A DNA stretch of 64,000 nt, from contig NW_024704742.1 of assembly GCF_018977255.1 (NCBI RefSeq), positions 39,124,001-39,188,000 on the forward strand, read 5' to 3'. The DNA comes from Callorhinchus milii (taxonomy: Eukaryota). Below are positions 10,624 to 24,943 of the stretch, one piece after another. The stretch's first letter is position 1. Each line of letters begins with the position of its first letter. The notes beneath the pieces were generated by a model. That model searched no databases, was not told the origin of the DNA, and saw only the letters and a program-made list of their open reading frames with translations. The position numbers were made by a program, and so were the translations under genes.

Positions 10624-12200
10624 TGCCTTTGTGTCTCCAATCTACAACAGTTCCGTGGGCTCCTCCAACAAAGGATGACTTTGGGAAGGAAGGGTCAGGT
10701 AAATGTCGCCCAAACAAGGTAGCACTTTTTAAAAAACACATAGAAAATGCTGTTATTCAGGTGACATTTGCCTTTAATCTATGGCAGATGGCCGGAACCA
10801 GACATGGCCATCTACAAGAAACTAAATGAAGATTCGATCGGGTAGACGTTGCCCAAACAATTAGCACTTAGCAGAAACATGCACATGAAAATGCTACTGT
10901 TCGGGTGATATGTGCCTTTAGTGTTCAAAGCCTTGATGTCCTCCATCAAATCATCAGAGACGGAATCCAGATTTGGTCAGGTAAATGTTGCCCAAACAAG
11001 GTAGTACTTACCAAAAACGACATAGAAAATGCTGCTGTTTAGGTGACATGTCCCTTCAATCTACAGCAATTCCAAATCACCAGTCGTGGCCTCCTACAAC
11101 AAACTGAACGGAGGTTCCTTCAGGTAAACATCGCCAAAACAAGTAGCACTTACCAGAAAATTACTCAGCAAAATGCTACTGTTTGGGTGATATGTCCATT
11201 TACTGCACAATACCTTGATGGCATAAGTCGAGGTATTCTCCCCCAATCTTTCACAGTAGGAAAGAAGTTTCGGTCAGGTAAATGTCGCCAAAACAAGGTA
11301 GCACTTACCAAAAAAGACATAGAAAATGCTACTGTTGAGGTGACATGTTCCTTTAATCTACGGCAGTTCCCCGGAACCTGACATGGCTTCCTACAACCAC
11401 ACTGAAGGAAGGTTCGGTCAGGAAAACGTTGCCCAAACAGGTAGCACTTATCTGAAAAATACACAGGAAAATGCTACTGTTTGGGTTACATGTGCCTCTG
11501 CTGTCCTATACCCGGATGGAATCAAATGTGGTCTCCTTCACCTTACCGTCACAGTTGGAAAGAAGGTTCGGTCAGGTAAATGTCGCCCAAACAAGGTAGC
11601 ACTTACCAAAAAACACATAATAGAAAATGCTCCTGTTCAGGTGACATTTGCCTTTAATCTACAGCAGTTCGCCGGAAGCAGACATGGCCTCCTGCAACAA
11701 ATTAACTGAAGGTTTGGTCAGGAAAACGTTGCCCAAACAGTTAGCACTTACCAGAAAACAAACAGAAAATGCTGCTGTTTAGGTGACATGTCCCTTCAAT
11801 CTACAGCAATTCCAAATCACCAGTCGTGGCCTCCTACAACAAACTGAACGGAGGTTCCTTCAGGTAAACATCGCCAAAACAAGGAGCACTTACCAGAAAA
11901 TTACTCAGCAAAAGGCTACTGTTTGGGTGATATGTCCATTTACTGCACAATACCTTGATGGCATAAGTCGAGGTATTCTCCCCCAATCTTTCACAGTAGG
12001 AAAGAAGTTTCGGTCAGGTAAGCATCGCCAAAACAAGTAGCACTTACCAGAAAATTACTCAGCAAAATGCTACTGTTTGGGTGATATGTGCCTTTACTTT
12101 CCAACTCCTGGATGGAATCCAATGTGTTCCCCTTCAACAAACCAGCACAGGAGAAGAGGCGTTTCAGTCAGGCAAATGTCATCCAAACTAGATAGCAATC

Positions 12201-12501
12201 CTGCAGAGATGAGGAGGAATGAAGAGCTGACTTACTTCACCATCTTCTCGTCTTCGTCTCAGTTTCACAATGTGATTTCTCCAAATGCCCAGACTTCATC
12301 TTTTATATATCTTCAGCTGAATATCTCTTCATCCTTTTCAATTCATTTTGGATAGGGTGATGTTGTTGCCCTTGGTTGACTTCAATATAGTTGACCAGTT
12401 ATAAATTATGATGTCTTTTGTTTGGGTGATAATGACTCCCTTTGTTACCTGGGGTTCAGGTGACCTTTCTAATATGTTCACTTTCGAGTAAGAACTAAAT
12501 A
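12201..12501 (-). promoter_or_regulatory. Promoter module copy 6 (TATATAAAAG allele)
   Basis: TATA 12300-12307. Confidence 0.7.
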
Positions 12502-15500
12502 TGCCTTTGTGTCTCCAATCTACAACAGTTCCGTGGGCTCCTCCAACAAAGGATGACTTTGGGAAGGAAGGGTCAGGTAAATGTCGCCCAAACAAGGTAG
12601 CACTTTTTAAAAAACACATAGAAAATGCTGTTATTCAGGTGACATTTGCCTTTAATCTATGGCAGATGGCCGGAACCAGACATGGCCATCTACAAGAAAC
12701 TAAATGAAGATTCGATCGGGTAGACGTTGCCCAAACAATTAGCACTTAGCAGAAACATGCACATGAAAATGCTACTGTTCGGGTGATATGTGCCTTTAGT
12801 GTTCAAAGCCTTGATGTCCTCCATCAAATCATCAGAGACGGAATCCAGATTTGGTCAGGTAAATGTTGCCCAAACAAGGTAGTACTTACCAAAAACGACA
12901 TAGAAAATGCTGCTGTTTAGGTGACATATCCCTTCAATCTACAGCAATTCCAAATCACCAGTCGTGGCCTCCTACAACAAACTGAACGGAGGTTCCTTCA
13001 GGTAAACATCGCCAAAACAAGTAGCACTTACCAGAAAATTACTCAGCAAAAGGCTACTGTTTGGGTGATATGTCCATTTATTGCACAATACCTTGATGGC
13101 ATAAGTCGAGGTATTCTCCCCCAATCTTTCACAGTAGGAAAGAAGTTTCGGTCAGGTAAATGTCGCCAAAACAAGGTAGCACTTACCAAAAAAGACATAG
13201 AAAATGCTACTGTTGAGGTGACATGTGCCTTTAATCTACGGCAGTTCCCCGGAACCTGACATGGCTTCCTACAACCACACTGAAGGAAGGTTCGGTCAGG
13301 AAAACGTTGCCCAAACAGGTAGCACTTATCTAAAAAATACACAGGAAAATGCTACTGTTTGGGTTACATGTGCCTCTGCTGTCCTATACCCGGATGGAAT
13401 CAAATGTGGTCTCCTTCACCTTACCGTCACAGTTGGAAAGAAGGTTTGGTCAGGTAAATGTCACCCAAACAAGGTAGCACTTACTAAAAAACACATAATA
13501 GAAAATGCTCCTGTTCAGGTAACATTTGCCTTTAATCTACAGCAGTTCGGCGGAAGCAGACATGGCATCCTACAAGAACACTGAATGCAGGTTCGGTCAG
13601 GAAAAGGTTGCCCAAACAGTTAGCACTTACCAGAAAACAAACAGAAAATGCTGCTGTTTAGGTGACATGTCCCTTCAATCCACAGCAATTCCAAATCACC
13701 AGTCGTGGCCTCCTACAACAACCTGAATGAAGGTTCGTTTAGGTAAACATCGCCAAAACAAGTAGCACTTACCAGAAAATTACTCACCAAAATGCTACTG
13801 TTTGGGTGATATGTCCATTTACTGCACAATACCTTGATGGCATAAGTCGAGGTATTCTCCCCCAATTTTTCACAGTAGGAAAGAAGTTTCGGTCAGGTAA
13901 ATGTCGCCGAAACAAGGTAGCACTTACTAAAAAACACATAGAAAATGCTCCTGCTGAGGTGACATGTGCTTCAGTGTTCAAAACCTTGATGTCCTCCACC
14001 AAATCATCAGAGACGGAATCTAGATTTGTTCAGGTAAATGTCGTCCAAACAAGGTAGCACTTACCAAAAAAGACATAGAAAATGCTACTGTTGAGGTGAC
14101 ATGTGCCTTTAATCTACGGCAGTTCCCCGGAACCTGACATGGCTTCCTACAACCACACTGAAGGAAGGTTCGGTCAGGAAAACGTTGCCCAAACAGGTAG
14201 CACTTATCTGAAAAATACACAGGAAAATGCTACTGTTTGGTTACATGTGCCTCTGCTGGCCTATACCCGGATGGAATCAAATGTAGTGTCCTCCACCTTA
14301 CCGTCACAGTTGGAAAGACGTTTCGGTCAGGTAAATGTCGCCCAAACAAGGTAGCACTTACCAAAATAGACATAGAAAATGCTACTGTTTCGGTCACATG
14401 TGCCAATAATCTACGGCAGTTCCCTGAAACCAGACATGGCCTCCTGCAACAAACTGAATGAAGGTTCGGTCAGGTAAACATTGCCCAAACCAGTAGCACT
14501 TAGCAGAAAAATACACAGGAAAATGCTACTGTTCGGGTGATATGTGCCTTCAGTGTTCAAAACCTTGATGTCCTCCATCAAATCATCAGAGACGGAATCT
14601 AGATTTGTTCAGGTAAATGTCGCCCAAACAAGGTAGCACTTACCAAAAAAGACATAGAAAATGCTACTGTTGAGGTGACATGTGCCTTTAATTTACGGCC
14701 GTTCACCGGATCCTGACATGGCTTCCTACAACCACGCTGAAGGAAGGTTCGGTCAGGAGAACGTTGCCCAAACAGGTAGCACTTATCTGAAAAATACACA
14801 GGAAAAAGCTCCTGTTTGGGTTACATGTGCCTCTGCTGTCCTACACCCGGATGGAATCAAATGTGGTCTCCTCCACCTTACCGTCACAGTTGGAAAGAAG
14901 GTTCGGTCAGGTAAATGTCGCCCAAATAGGGTAGCACTTACCAAAAAACACATAGAAAATGCTCCTGTTCAGGTGACATTTGCCTTTAATCCACAGCAGT
15001 TCGCCGGAAGCAGACATGGCCTCCTGCAACAAATTAACTGAAGGTTTGGTCAGGAAAACGTTGCCCAAACAGTTAGCACTTACCAGAAAACAAACAGAAA
15101 ATGCTGCTGTTTAGGTGACATGTCCCTTCAATCTACAGCAATTACAAATCACCAGTCGTCGCCTCCTACAACAAACTGAACGGAGGTTCCTTCAGGTAAA
15201 CATCACCAAAACAAGTAGCACTTACCAGAAAATTACTCAGCAAAATGCTACTGTTTGGGTGATATGTCCATTTACTGCACAATACCTTGATGGCATAAGT
15301 CGAGGTATTCTCCTCCAATCTTTCACAGTAGGAAAGAAGTTTCGGTCAGGTAAATGTCGCCAAAACAAGGTAGCACTTATTAAAAACACATAGAAAATGC
15401 TCCTGCTGAGGTGACATGTGCTTTAGTGTTCAAAACCTTGATGTCCTCCACCAAATCATCAGAGACGGAATCTAGATTTGTTCAGGTAAATGTCGCCCAA

Positions 15501-15811
15501 ACAAGGTAGCACTTACCAAAAAACACATAGAAAATGCTACTGTTTAGGTCACATGTGCCACTAATCTACGGCAGTTCCCTGAAACTAGACATGGCCTCCT
15601 GCAACAAGCTGAATGAAGTTTCGGTCAGGTAAGCATCGCCAAAACAAGTAGCACTTACCAGAAAATTACTCAGCAAAATGCTACTGTTTGGGTGATATGT
15701 GCCTTTACTTTCCAACTCCTGGATGGAATCCAATGTGTTCCCCTTCAACAAACCAGCACAGGAGAAGAGGCGTTTCAGTCAGGCAAATGTCATCCAAACT
15801 AGATAGCAATC

Positions 15812-16112
15812 CTGCAGAGATGAGGAGGAATGAAGAGCTGACTTACTTCACCATCTTCTCGTCTTCGTCTCAGTTTCACAATGTGATTTCTCCAAATGCC
15901 CAGACTTCATCTTTTATATATCTTCAGCTGAATATCTCTTCATCCTTTTCAATTCATTTTGGATAGGGTGATGTTGTTGCCCTTGGTTGACTTCAATATA
16001 GTTGACCAGTTATAAATTATGATGTCTTTTGTTTGGGTGATAATGACTCCCTTTGTTACCTGGGGTTCAGGTGACCTTTCTAATATGTTCACTTTCGAGT
16101 AAGAACTAAATA
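15812..16112 (-). promoter_or_regulatory. Promoter module copy 7 (TATATAAAAG allele)
   Basis: TATA 15911-15918. Confidence 0.7.
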
Positions 16113-17689
16113 TGCCTTTGTGTCTCCAATCTACAACAGTTCCGTGGGCTCCTCCAACAAAGGATGACTTTGGGAAGGAAGGGTCAGGTAAATGTCGCCC
16201 AAACAAGGTAGCACTTATTTAAAAACACATAGAAAATGCTGTTATTCAGGTGACATTTGCCTTTAATCTATGGCAGATTGCCGGAACCAGACATGGCCAT
16301 CTACAAGAAACTAAATGAAGATTCGATCGGGTAGACGTTGCCCAAACAATTAGCACTTAGCAGAAACATGCACATGAAAATGCTACTGTTCGGGTGATAT
16401 GTGCCTTTAGTGTTCAAAACCTTGATGTCCTCCATCAAATCATCAGAGACGGAATCCAGATTTGGTCAGGTAAATGTTGCCCAAACAAGGTAGCACTTAC
16501 CAAAAACGACATAGAAAATGCTGCTGTTTAGGTGACATGTCCCTTCAATCTACAGCAATTCCAAATCACCAGTCGTGGCCTCCTACAACAAACTGAACGG
16601 AGGTTCCTTCAGGTAAACATCGCCAAAACAAGTAACACTTACCAGAAAATTACTCAGCAAAATGCTACTGTTTGGGTGATATGTCCATTTACTGCACAAT
16701 ACCTTGATGGCATAAGTCGAGGTATTCTCCCCCAATCTTTCACAGTAGGAAAGAAGTTTCGGTCAGGTAAGTGTCGCCAAAACAAGGTAGCACTTACCAA
16801 AAAAGACATAGAAAATGCTACTGTTGAGGTGACATGTTCCTTTAATCTACGGCAGTTCCCCGGAACCTGACATGGCTTCCTACAACCACACTGAAGGAAG
16901 GTTCGGTCAGGAAAACGTTGCCCAAACAGGTAGCACTTATCTGAAAAATACACAGGAAAATGCTACTGTTTGGGTTACATGTGCCTCTGCTGTCCTATAC
17001 CCGGATGGAATCAAATGTGGTCTCCTTCACCTTACCGTCACAGTTGGAAAGAAGGTTCGGTCAGGTAAATGTCGCCCAAACAAGGTAGCACTTACCAAAA
17101 AACACATAATAGAAAATGCTCCTGTTCAGGTGACATTTGCCTTTAATCTACAGCAGTTCGCCGGAAGCAGACATGGCCTCCTGCAACAAATTAACTGAAG
17201 GTTTGGTCAGGAAAACGTTGCCCAAACAGTTAGCACTTACCAGAAAACAAACAGAAAATGCTGCTGTTTAGGTGACATGTCCCTTCAATCTACAGCAATT
17301 CCAAATCACCAGTCGTGGCCTCCTACAACAAACTGAACGGAGGTTCCTTCAGGTAAACATCGCCAAAACAAGGAGCACTTACCAGAAAATTACTCAGCAA
17401 AAGGCTACTGTTTGGGTGATATGTCCATTTACTGCACAATACCTTGATGGCATAAGTCGAGGTATTCTCCCCCAATCTTTCACAGTAGGAAAGAAGTTTC
17501 GGTCAGGTAAGCATCGCCAAAACAAGTAGCACTTACCAGAAAATTACTCAGCAAAATGCTACTGTTTGGGTGATATGTGCCTTTACTTTCCAACTCCTGG
17601 ATGGAATCCAATGTGTTCCCCTTCAACAAACCAGCACAGGAGAAGAGGCGTTTCAGTCAGGCAAATGTCATCCAAACTAGATAGCAATC

Positions 17690-17990
17690 CTGCAGAGATG
17701 AGGAGGAATGAAGAGCTGACTTACTTCACCATCTTCTCGTCTTCGTCTCAGTTTCACAATGTGATTTCTCCAAATGCCCAGACTTCATCTTTTATATATC
17801 TTCAGCTGAATATCTCTTCATCCTTTTCAATTCATTTTGGATAGGGTGATGTTGTTGCCCTTGGTTGACTTCAATATAGTTGACCAGTTATAAATTATGA
17901 TGTCTTTTGTTTGGGTGATAATGACTCCCTTTGTTACCTGGGGTTCAGGTGACCTTTCTAATATGTTCACTTTCGAGTAAGAACTAAATA
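17690..17990 (-). promoter_or_regulatory. Promoter module copy 8 (TATATAAAAG allele)
   Basis: TATA 17789-17796. Confidence 0.7.
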
Positions 17991-20900
17991 TGCCTTTGTG
18001 TCTCCAATCTACAACAGTTCCGTGGGCTCCTCCAACAAAGGATGACTTTGGGAAGGAAGGGTCAGGTAAATGTCGCCCAAACAAGGTAGCACTTATTAAA
18101 AACACATAGAAAATGCTGTTATTCAGGTGACATTTGCCTTTAATCTATGGCAGATGGCCGGAACCAGACATGGCCATCTACAAGAAACTAAATGAAGATT
18201 CGATCGGGTAGACGTTGCCCAAACAATTAGCACTTAGCAGAAACATGCACATGAAAATGCTACTGTTCGGGTGATATGTGCCTTTAGTGTTCAAAGCCTT
18301 GATGTCCTCCATCAAATCATCAGAGACGGAATCCAGATTTGGTCAGGTAAATGTTGCCCAAACAAGGTAGTACTTACCAAAAACGACATAGAAAATGCTG
18401 CTGTTTAGGTGACATATCCCTTCAATCTACAGCAATTCCAAATCACCAGTCGTGGCCTCCTACAACAAACTGAACGGAGGTTCCTTCAGGTAAACATCGC
18501 CAAAACAAGTAGCACTTACCAGAAAATTACTCAGCAAAAGGCTACTGTTTGGGTGATATGTCCATTTATTGCACAATACCTTGATGGCATAAGTCGAGGT
18601 ATTCTCCCCCAATCTTTCACAGTAGGAAAGAAGTTTCGGTCAGGTAAATGTCGCCAAAACAAGGTAGCACTTACCAAAAAAGACATAGAAAATGCTACTG
18701 TTGAGGTGACATGTGCCTTTAATCTACGGCAGTTCCCCGGAACCTGACATGGCTTCCTACAACCACACTGAAGGAAGGTTCGGTCAGGAAAACGTTGCCC
18801 AAACAGGTAGCACTTATCTAAAAAATACACAGGAAAATGCTACTGTTTGGGTTACATGTGCCTCTGCTGTCCTATACCCGGATGGAATCAAATGTGGTCT
18901 CCTTCACCTTACCGTCACAGTTGGAAAGAAGGTTTGGTCAGGTAAATGTCACCCAAACAAGGTAGCACTTACTAAAAAACACATAATAGAAAATGCTCCT
19001 GTTCAGGTAACATTTGCCTTTAATCTACAGCAGTTCGGCGGAAGCAGACATGGCATCCTACAAGAACACTGAATGCAGGTTCGGTCAGGAAAAGGTTGCC
19101 CAAACAGATAGCACTTACCAGAAAACAAACAGAAAATGCTGCTGTTTAGGTGACATGTCCCTTCAATCTACAGCAATTCCAAATCACCAGTCGTGGCCTC
19201 CTACAACAACTTGAATGAAGGTTTGTTTAGGTAAACATCGCCAAAACAAGTAGCACTTACCAGAAAATTACTCACCAAAATGCTACTGTTTGGGTGATAT
19301 GTCCATTTACTGCACAATACCTTGATGGCATAAGTCGAGGTATTCTCCCCCAATTTTTCACAGTAGGAAAGAAGTTTCGGTCAGGTAAATGTCGCCGAAA
19401 CAAGGTAGCACTTACTAAAAAACACATAGAAAATGCTCCTGCTGAGGTGACATGTGCTTCAGTGTTCAAAACCTTGATGTCCTCCACCAAATCATCAGAG
19501 ACGGAATCTAGATTTGTTCAGGTAAATGTCGTCCAAACAAGGTAGCACTTACCAAAAAAGACATAGAAAATGCTACTGTTGAGGTGACATGTGCCTTTAA
19601 TCTACGGCAGTTCCCCGGAACCTGACATGGCTTCCTACAACCACACTGAAGGAAGGTTCGGTCAGGAAAACGTTGCCCAAACAGGTAGCACTTATCTGAA
19701 AAATACACAGGAAAATGCTACTGTTTGGGTTACATGTGCCTCTGCTGGCCTATACCCGGATGGAATCAAATGTAGTGTCCTCCACCTTACCGTCACAGTT
19801 GGAAAGACGGTTTCGGTCACATGTGCCAATAATCTACGGCAGTTCCCTGAAACCAGACATGGCCTCCTGCAACAAACTGAATGAAGGTTCGGTCAGGTAA
19901 ACATTGCCCAAACCAGTAGCACTTAGCAGAAAAATACACAGGAAAATGCTACTGTTCGGGTGATATGTGCCTTCAGTGTTCAAAACCTTGATGTCCTCCA
20001 TCAAATCATCAGAGACGGAATCTAGATTTGTTCAGGTAAATGTCGCCCAAACAAGGTAGCACTTACCAAAAAAGACATAGAAAATGCTACTGTTGAGGTG
20101 ACATGTGCCTTTAATTTACGGCCGTTCACCGGATCCTGACATGGCTTCCTACAACCACGCTGAAGGAAGGTTCGGTCAGGAGAACGTTGCCCAAACAGGT
20201 AGCACTTATCTGAAAAATACACAGGAAAAAGCTCCTGTTTGGGTTACATGTGCCTCTGCTGTCCTACACCCGGATGGAATCAAATGTGGTCTCCTCCACC
20301 TTACCGTCACAGTTGGAAAGAAGGTTCGGTCAGGTAAATGTCGCCCAAATAGGGTAGCACTTACCAAAAAAACACATAGAAAATGCTCCTGTTCAGGTGA
20401 CATTTGCCTTTAATCCACAGCAGTTCGCCGGAAGCAGACATGGCCTCCTGCAACAAATTAACTGAAGGTTTGGTCAGGAAAACGTTGCCCAAACAGTTAG
20501 CACTTACCAGAAAACAAACAGAAAATGCTGCTGTTTAGGTGACATGTCCCTTCAATCTACAGCAATTACAAATCACCAGTCGTCGCCTCCTACAACAAAC
20601 TGAACGGAGGTTCCTTCAGGTAAACATCACCAAAACAAGTAGCACTTACCAGAAAATTACTCAGCAAAATGCTACTGTTTGGGTGATATGTCCATTTACT
20701 GCACAATACCTTGATGGCATAAGTCGAGGTATTCTCCTCCAATCTTTCACAGTAGGAAAGAAGTTTCGGTCAGGTAAATGTCGCCAAAACAAGGTAGCAC
20801 TTATTAAAAAACACATAGAAAATGCTCCTGCTGAGGTGACATGTGCTTTAGTGTTCAAAACCTTGCCCAAACAGGTAGCACTTATCTGAAAAATACACAG

Positions 20901-21330
20901 GAAAATGCTACTGTTTGGGTTACATGTGCCTCTGCTGTCCTATACCCGGATGGAATCAAATGTCCTCCACCAAATCATCAGAGACGGAATCTAGATTTGT
21001 TCAGGTAAATGTCGCCCAAACAAGGTAGCACTTACCAAAAAACACATAGAAAATGCTACTGTTTAGGTCACACGTGCCACTAATCTACGGCAGTTCCCTG
21101 AAACTAGACATGGCCTCCTGCAACAAGCTGAATGAAGGTTCGGTCAGGTAAACATTGCCCAAACCAGTAGCACTTAGCAGAAAAATACACAGGAAAATGC
21201 TACTGTTTGGGTGATATGTGCCTTTACTTTCCAACTCCTGGATGGAATCCAATGTGTTCCCCTTCAACTAACCAGCACAGGAGAAGAGGCGTTTCAGTCA
21301 GGCAAATGTCATCCAAACTAGATAGCAATC

Positions 21331-21631
21331 CTGCAGAGATGAGGAGGAATGAAGAGCTGACTTACTTCACCATCTTCTCGTCTTCGTCTCAGTTTCACAA
21401 TGTGATTTCTCCAAATGCCCAGACTTCATCTTTTATATATCTTCAGCTGAATATCTCTTCATCCTTTTCAATTCATTTTGGATAGGGTGATGTTGTTGCC
21501 CTTGGTTGACTTCAATATAGTTGACCAGTTATAAGTTATGATGTCTTTTGTTTGGGTGATAATGACTCCCTTTGTTACCTGGGGTTCAGGTGACCTTTCT
21601 AATATGTTCACTTTCGAGTAAGAACTAAATA
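21331..21631 (-). promoter_or_regulatory. Promoter module copy 9 (TATATAAAAG allele)
   Basis: TATA 21430-21437. Confidence 0.7.
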
Positions 21632-24600
21632 TGCCTTTGTGTCTCCAATCTACAACAGTTCCGTGGGCTCCTCCAACAAAGGATGACTTTGGGAAGGAAG
21701 GGTCAGGTAAATGTCGCCCAAACAAGGTAGCACTTATTAAAAAACACATAGAAAATGCTGCTATTCAGGTGACATTTGCCTTTAATCTACGGCAGATGGC
21801 CGGAACCAGACATGGCCATCTACAAGAAACTAAATGAAGATTCGATCGGGTAGACGTTGCCCAAACAATTAGCACTTAGCAGAAACATGCACATGAAAAT
21901 GCTACTGTTCGGGTGATATGTGCCTTTAGTGTTCAAAACCTTGATGTCCTCCATCAAATCATCAGAGACGGAATCCAGATTTGGTCAGGTAAATGTTGCC
22001 CAAACAAGGTAGCACTTACCAAAAACGACACAGAAAATGCTGCTGTTTAGGTGACATGTCCCTTCAATCTACAGCAATTCCAAATCACCAGTCGTGGCCT
22101 CCTACAACAAACTGAACGGAGGTTCCTTCAGGTAAACATCGCCAAAACAAGTAGCACTTACCAGAAAATTACTCAGCAAAATGCTACTGTTTGGGTGATA
22201 TGTCCATTTACTGCACAATACCTTGATGGCATAAGTCGAGGTATTCTCCCCCAATCTTTCACAGTAGGAAAGAAGTTTCGGTCAGGTAAATGTCGCCAAA
22301 ACAAGGTAGCACTTATTAAAAAACACATAGAAAATGCTCCTGCTGAGGTGACATGTGCTTTAGTGTTCAAAACCTTGATGTCCTCCACCAAATCATCAGA
22401 GACGGAATCTAGATTTGTTCAGGTAAATGTCGCCCAAACAAGGTAGCACTTACCAAAAAACACATAGAAAATGCTACTGTTGAGGTGACATGTGCCTTTA
22501 ATCTACGGTAGTTTCCCGGAACCTGACATGGCTTCCTACAACTACACTGAAGGAAGGTTCGGTCAGGAAAACGTTGCCCAAACAGGTAGCACTTATCTGA
22601 AAAATACACAGGAAAATGCTACTGTTTGGGTTACATGTGCCTCTGCTGTCCTATACCCGGATGGAATCAAATGTGGTCTCCTTCACCTTACCGTCACAGT
22701 TGGAAAGAAGGTTTGGTCAGGTAAATGTCGCCCAAACAAGGTAGCACTTACCAAAAAACACATAATAGAAAATGCTGTTATTCAGGTGACATTTGCCTTT
22801 AATCTACGGCAGATGGCCGGAACCAGACATGGCCATCTACAAGAAACTAAATGAAGATTCGATCGGGTAGACGTTGCCCAAACAATTAGCACTTAGCAGA
22901 AACATGCACATGAAAATGCTACTGTTCGGGTGATATGTGCCTTTAGTGTTCAAAACCTTGATGTCCTCCATCAAATCATCAGAGACGGAATCCAGATTTG
23001 GTCAGGTAAATGTTGCCCAAACAAGGTAGCACTTACCAAAAACGACACAGAAAATGCTGCTGTTTAGGTGACATGTCCCTTCAATCTACAGCAATTCCAA
23101 ATCACCAGTCGTGGCCTCCTACAACAAACTGAACGGAGGTTCCTTCAGGTAAACATCGCCAAAACAAGTAGCACTTACCAGAAAATTACTCAGCAAAATG
23201 CTACTGTTTGGGTGATATGTCCATTTACTGCACAATACCTTGATGGCATAAGTCGAGGTATTCTCCCCCAATCTTTCACAGTAGGAAAGAAGTTTCGGTC
23301 AGGTAAATGTCGCCAAAACAAGGTAGCACTTATTAAAAAACACATAGAAAATGCTCCTGCTGAGGTGACATGTGCTTTAGTGTTCAAAACCTTGATGTCC
23401 TCCACCAAATCATCAGAGACGGAATCTAGATTTGTTCAGGTAAATGTCGCCCAAACAAGGTAGCACTTACCAAAAAACACATAGAAAATGCTACTGTTGA
23501 GGTGACATGTGCCTTTAATCTACGGCAGTTTCCCGGAACCTGACATGGCTTCCTACAACTACACTGAAGGAAGGTTCGGTCAGGAAAACGTTGCCCAAAC
23601 AGGTAGCACTTATCTGAAAAATACACAGGAAAATGCTACTGTTTGGGTTACATGTGCCTCTGCTGTCCTATACCCGGATGGAATCAAATGTGGTCTCCTT
23701 CACCTTACCGTCACAGTTGGAAAGAAGGTTTGGTCAGGTAAATGTCGCCCAAACAAGGTAGCACTTACCAAAAAACACATAATAGAAAATGCTCCTGTTC
23801 AGTTGACATTTGCCTTTAATCTACAGCAGTTCGCCGGAAGCAGACATGGCCTCCTGCAACAAATTAACTGAAGGTTTGGTCAGGAAAACGTTGCCCAAAC
23901 AGTTAGCACTTACCAGAAAACAAACAGAAAATGCTGCTGTTTAGGTGACATGTCCCTTCAATCTACAGCAATTCCAAATCACCAGTCGTGGCCTCCTACA
24001 ACAAACTGAACGGAGGTTCCTTCAGGTAAACATCGCCAAAACAAGTAGCACTTACCAGAAAATTACTCAGCAAAATGCTACTGTTTGGGTGATATGTCCA
24101 TTTACTGTACAATACCTTGATGGCATAAGTCGAGGTATTCTCCTCCAATCTTTCACAGTAGGAAAGAAGTTTCGGTCTGGTAAATGTCGCCAAAACAGGG
24201 TAGCACTTACTAAAAAACACATAGAAAATGCTCCTGCTGAGGTGACATGTGCTTTAGTGTTCAAAACCTTGATGTCCTCCACCAAATCATCAGAGACGGA
24301 ATCTAGATTTGTTCAGGTAAATGTCGCCCAAACAAGGTAGCACTTACCAAAAAACACATAGAAAATGCTACTGTTTAGGTCACATGTGCCACTAATCTAC
24401 GGCAGTTCCCTGAAACCAGACATGGCCTCCTGCAACAAGCTGAATGAAGGTTCGGTCAGGTAAACATTGCCCAAACCAGTAGCACTTAGCAGAAAAATAC
24501 ACAGGAAAATGCTACTGTTTGGGGGATATGTGCCTTTACTTTCCAACTCCTGGATGGAATCCAATGTGTTCCCCTTCAACAAACCAGCACAGGAGAAAAG

Positions 24601-24642
24601 GCGTTTCAGTCAGGCAAATGTCATCCAAACTAGATAGCAATC

Positions 24643-24943
24643 CTGCAGAGATGAAGAGGAATGAAGAGCTGACTTACTTCACCATCTTCTCGTCTTCGTC
24701 TCAGTTTCACAATGTGATTTCTCCAAATGCCCAGACTTCATCTTTTATATTTCTTCAGCTGAATATCTCTTCATCCTTTTCAATTCATTTTGGATAGGGT
24801 GATGTTGTTGCCCTTGGTTGACTTCAATATAGTTGACCAGTTATAAGTTATGATGTCTTTTGTTTGGGTGATAATGACTCCCTTTGTTACCTGGGGTTCA
24901 GGTGACCTTTCTAATATGTTCACTTTCGAGTAAGAACTAAATA
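24643..24943 (-). promoter_or_regulatory. Promoter module copy 10
   Basis: TATA 24742-24749. Confidence 0.7.
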
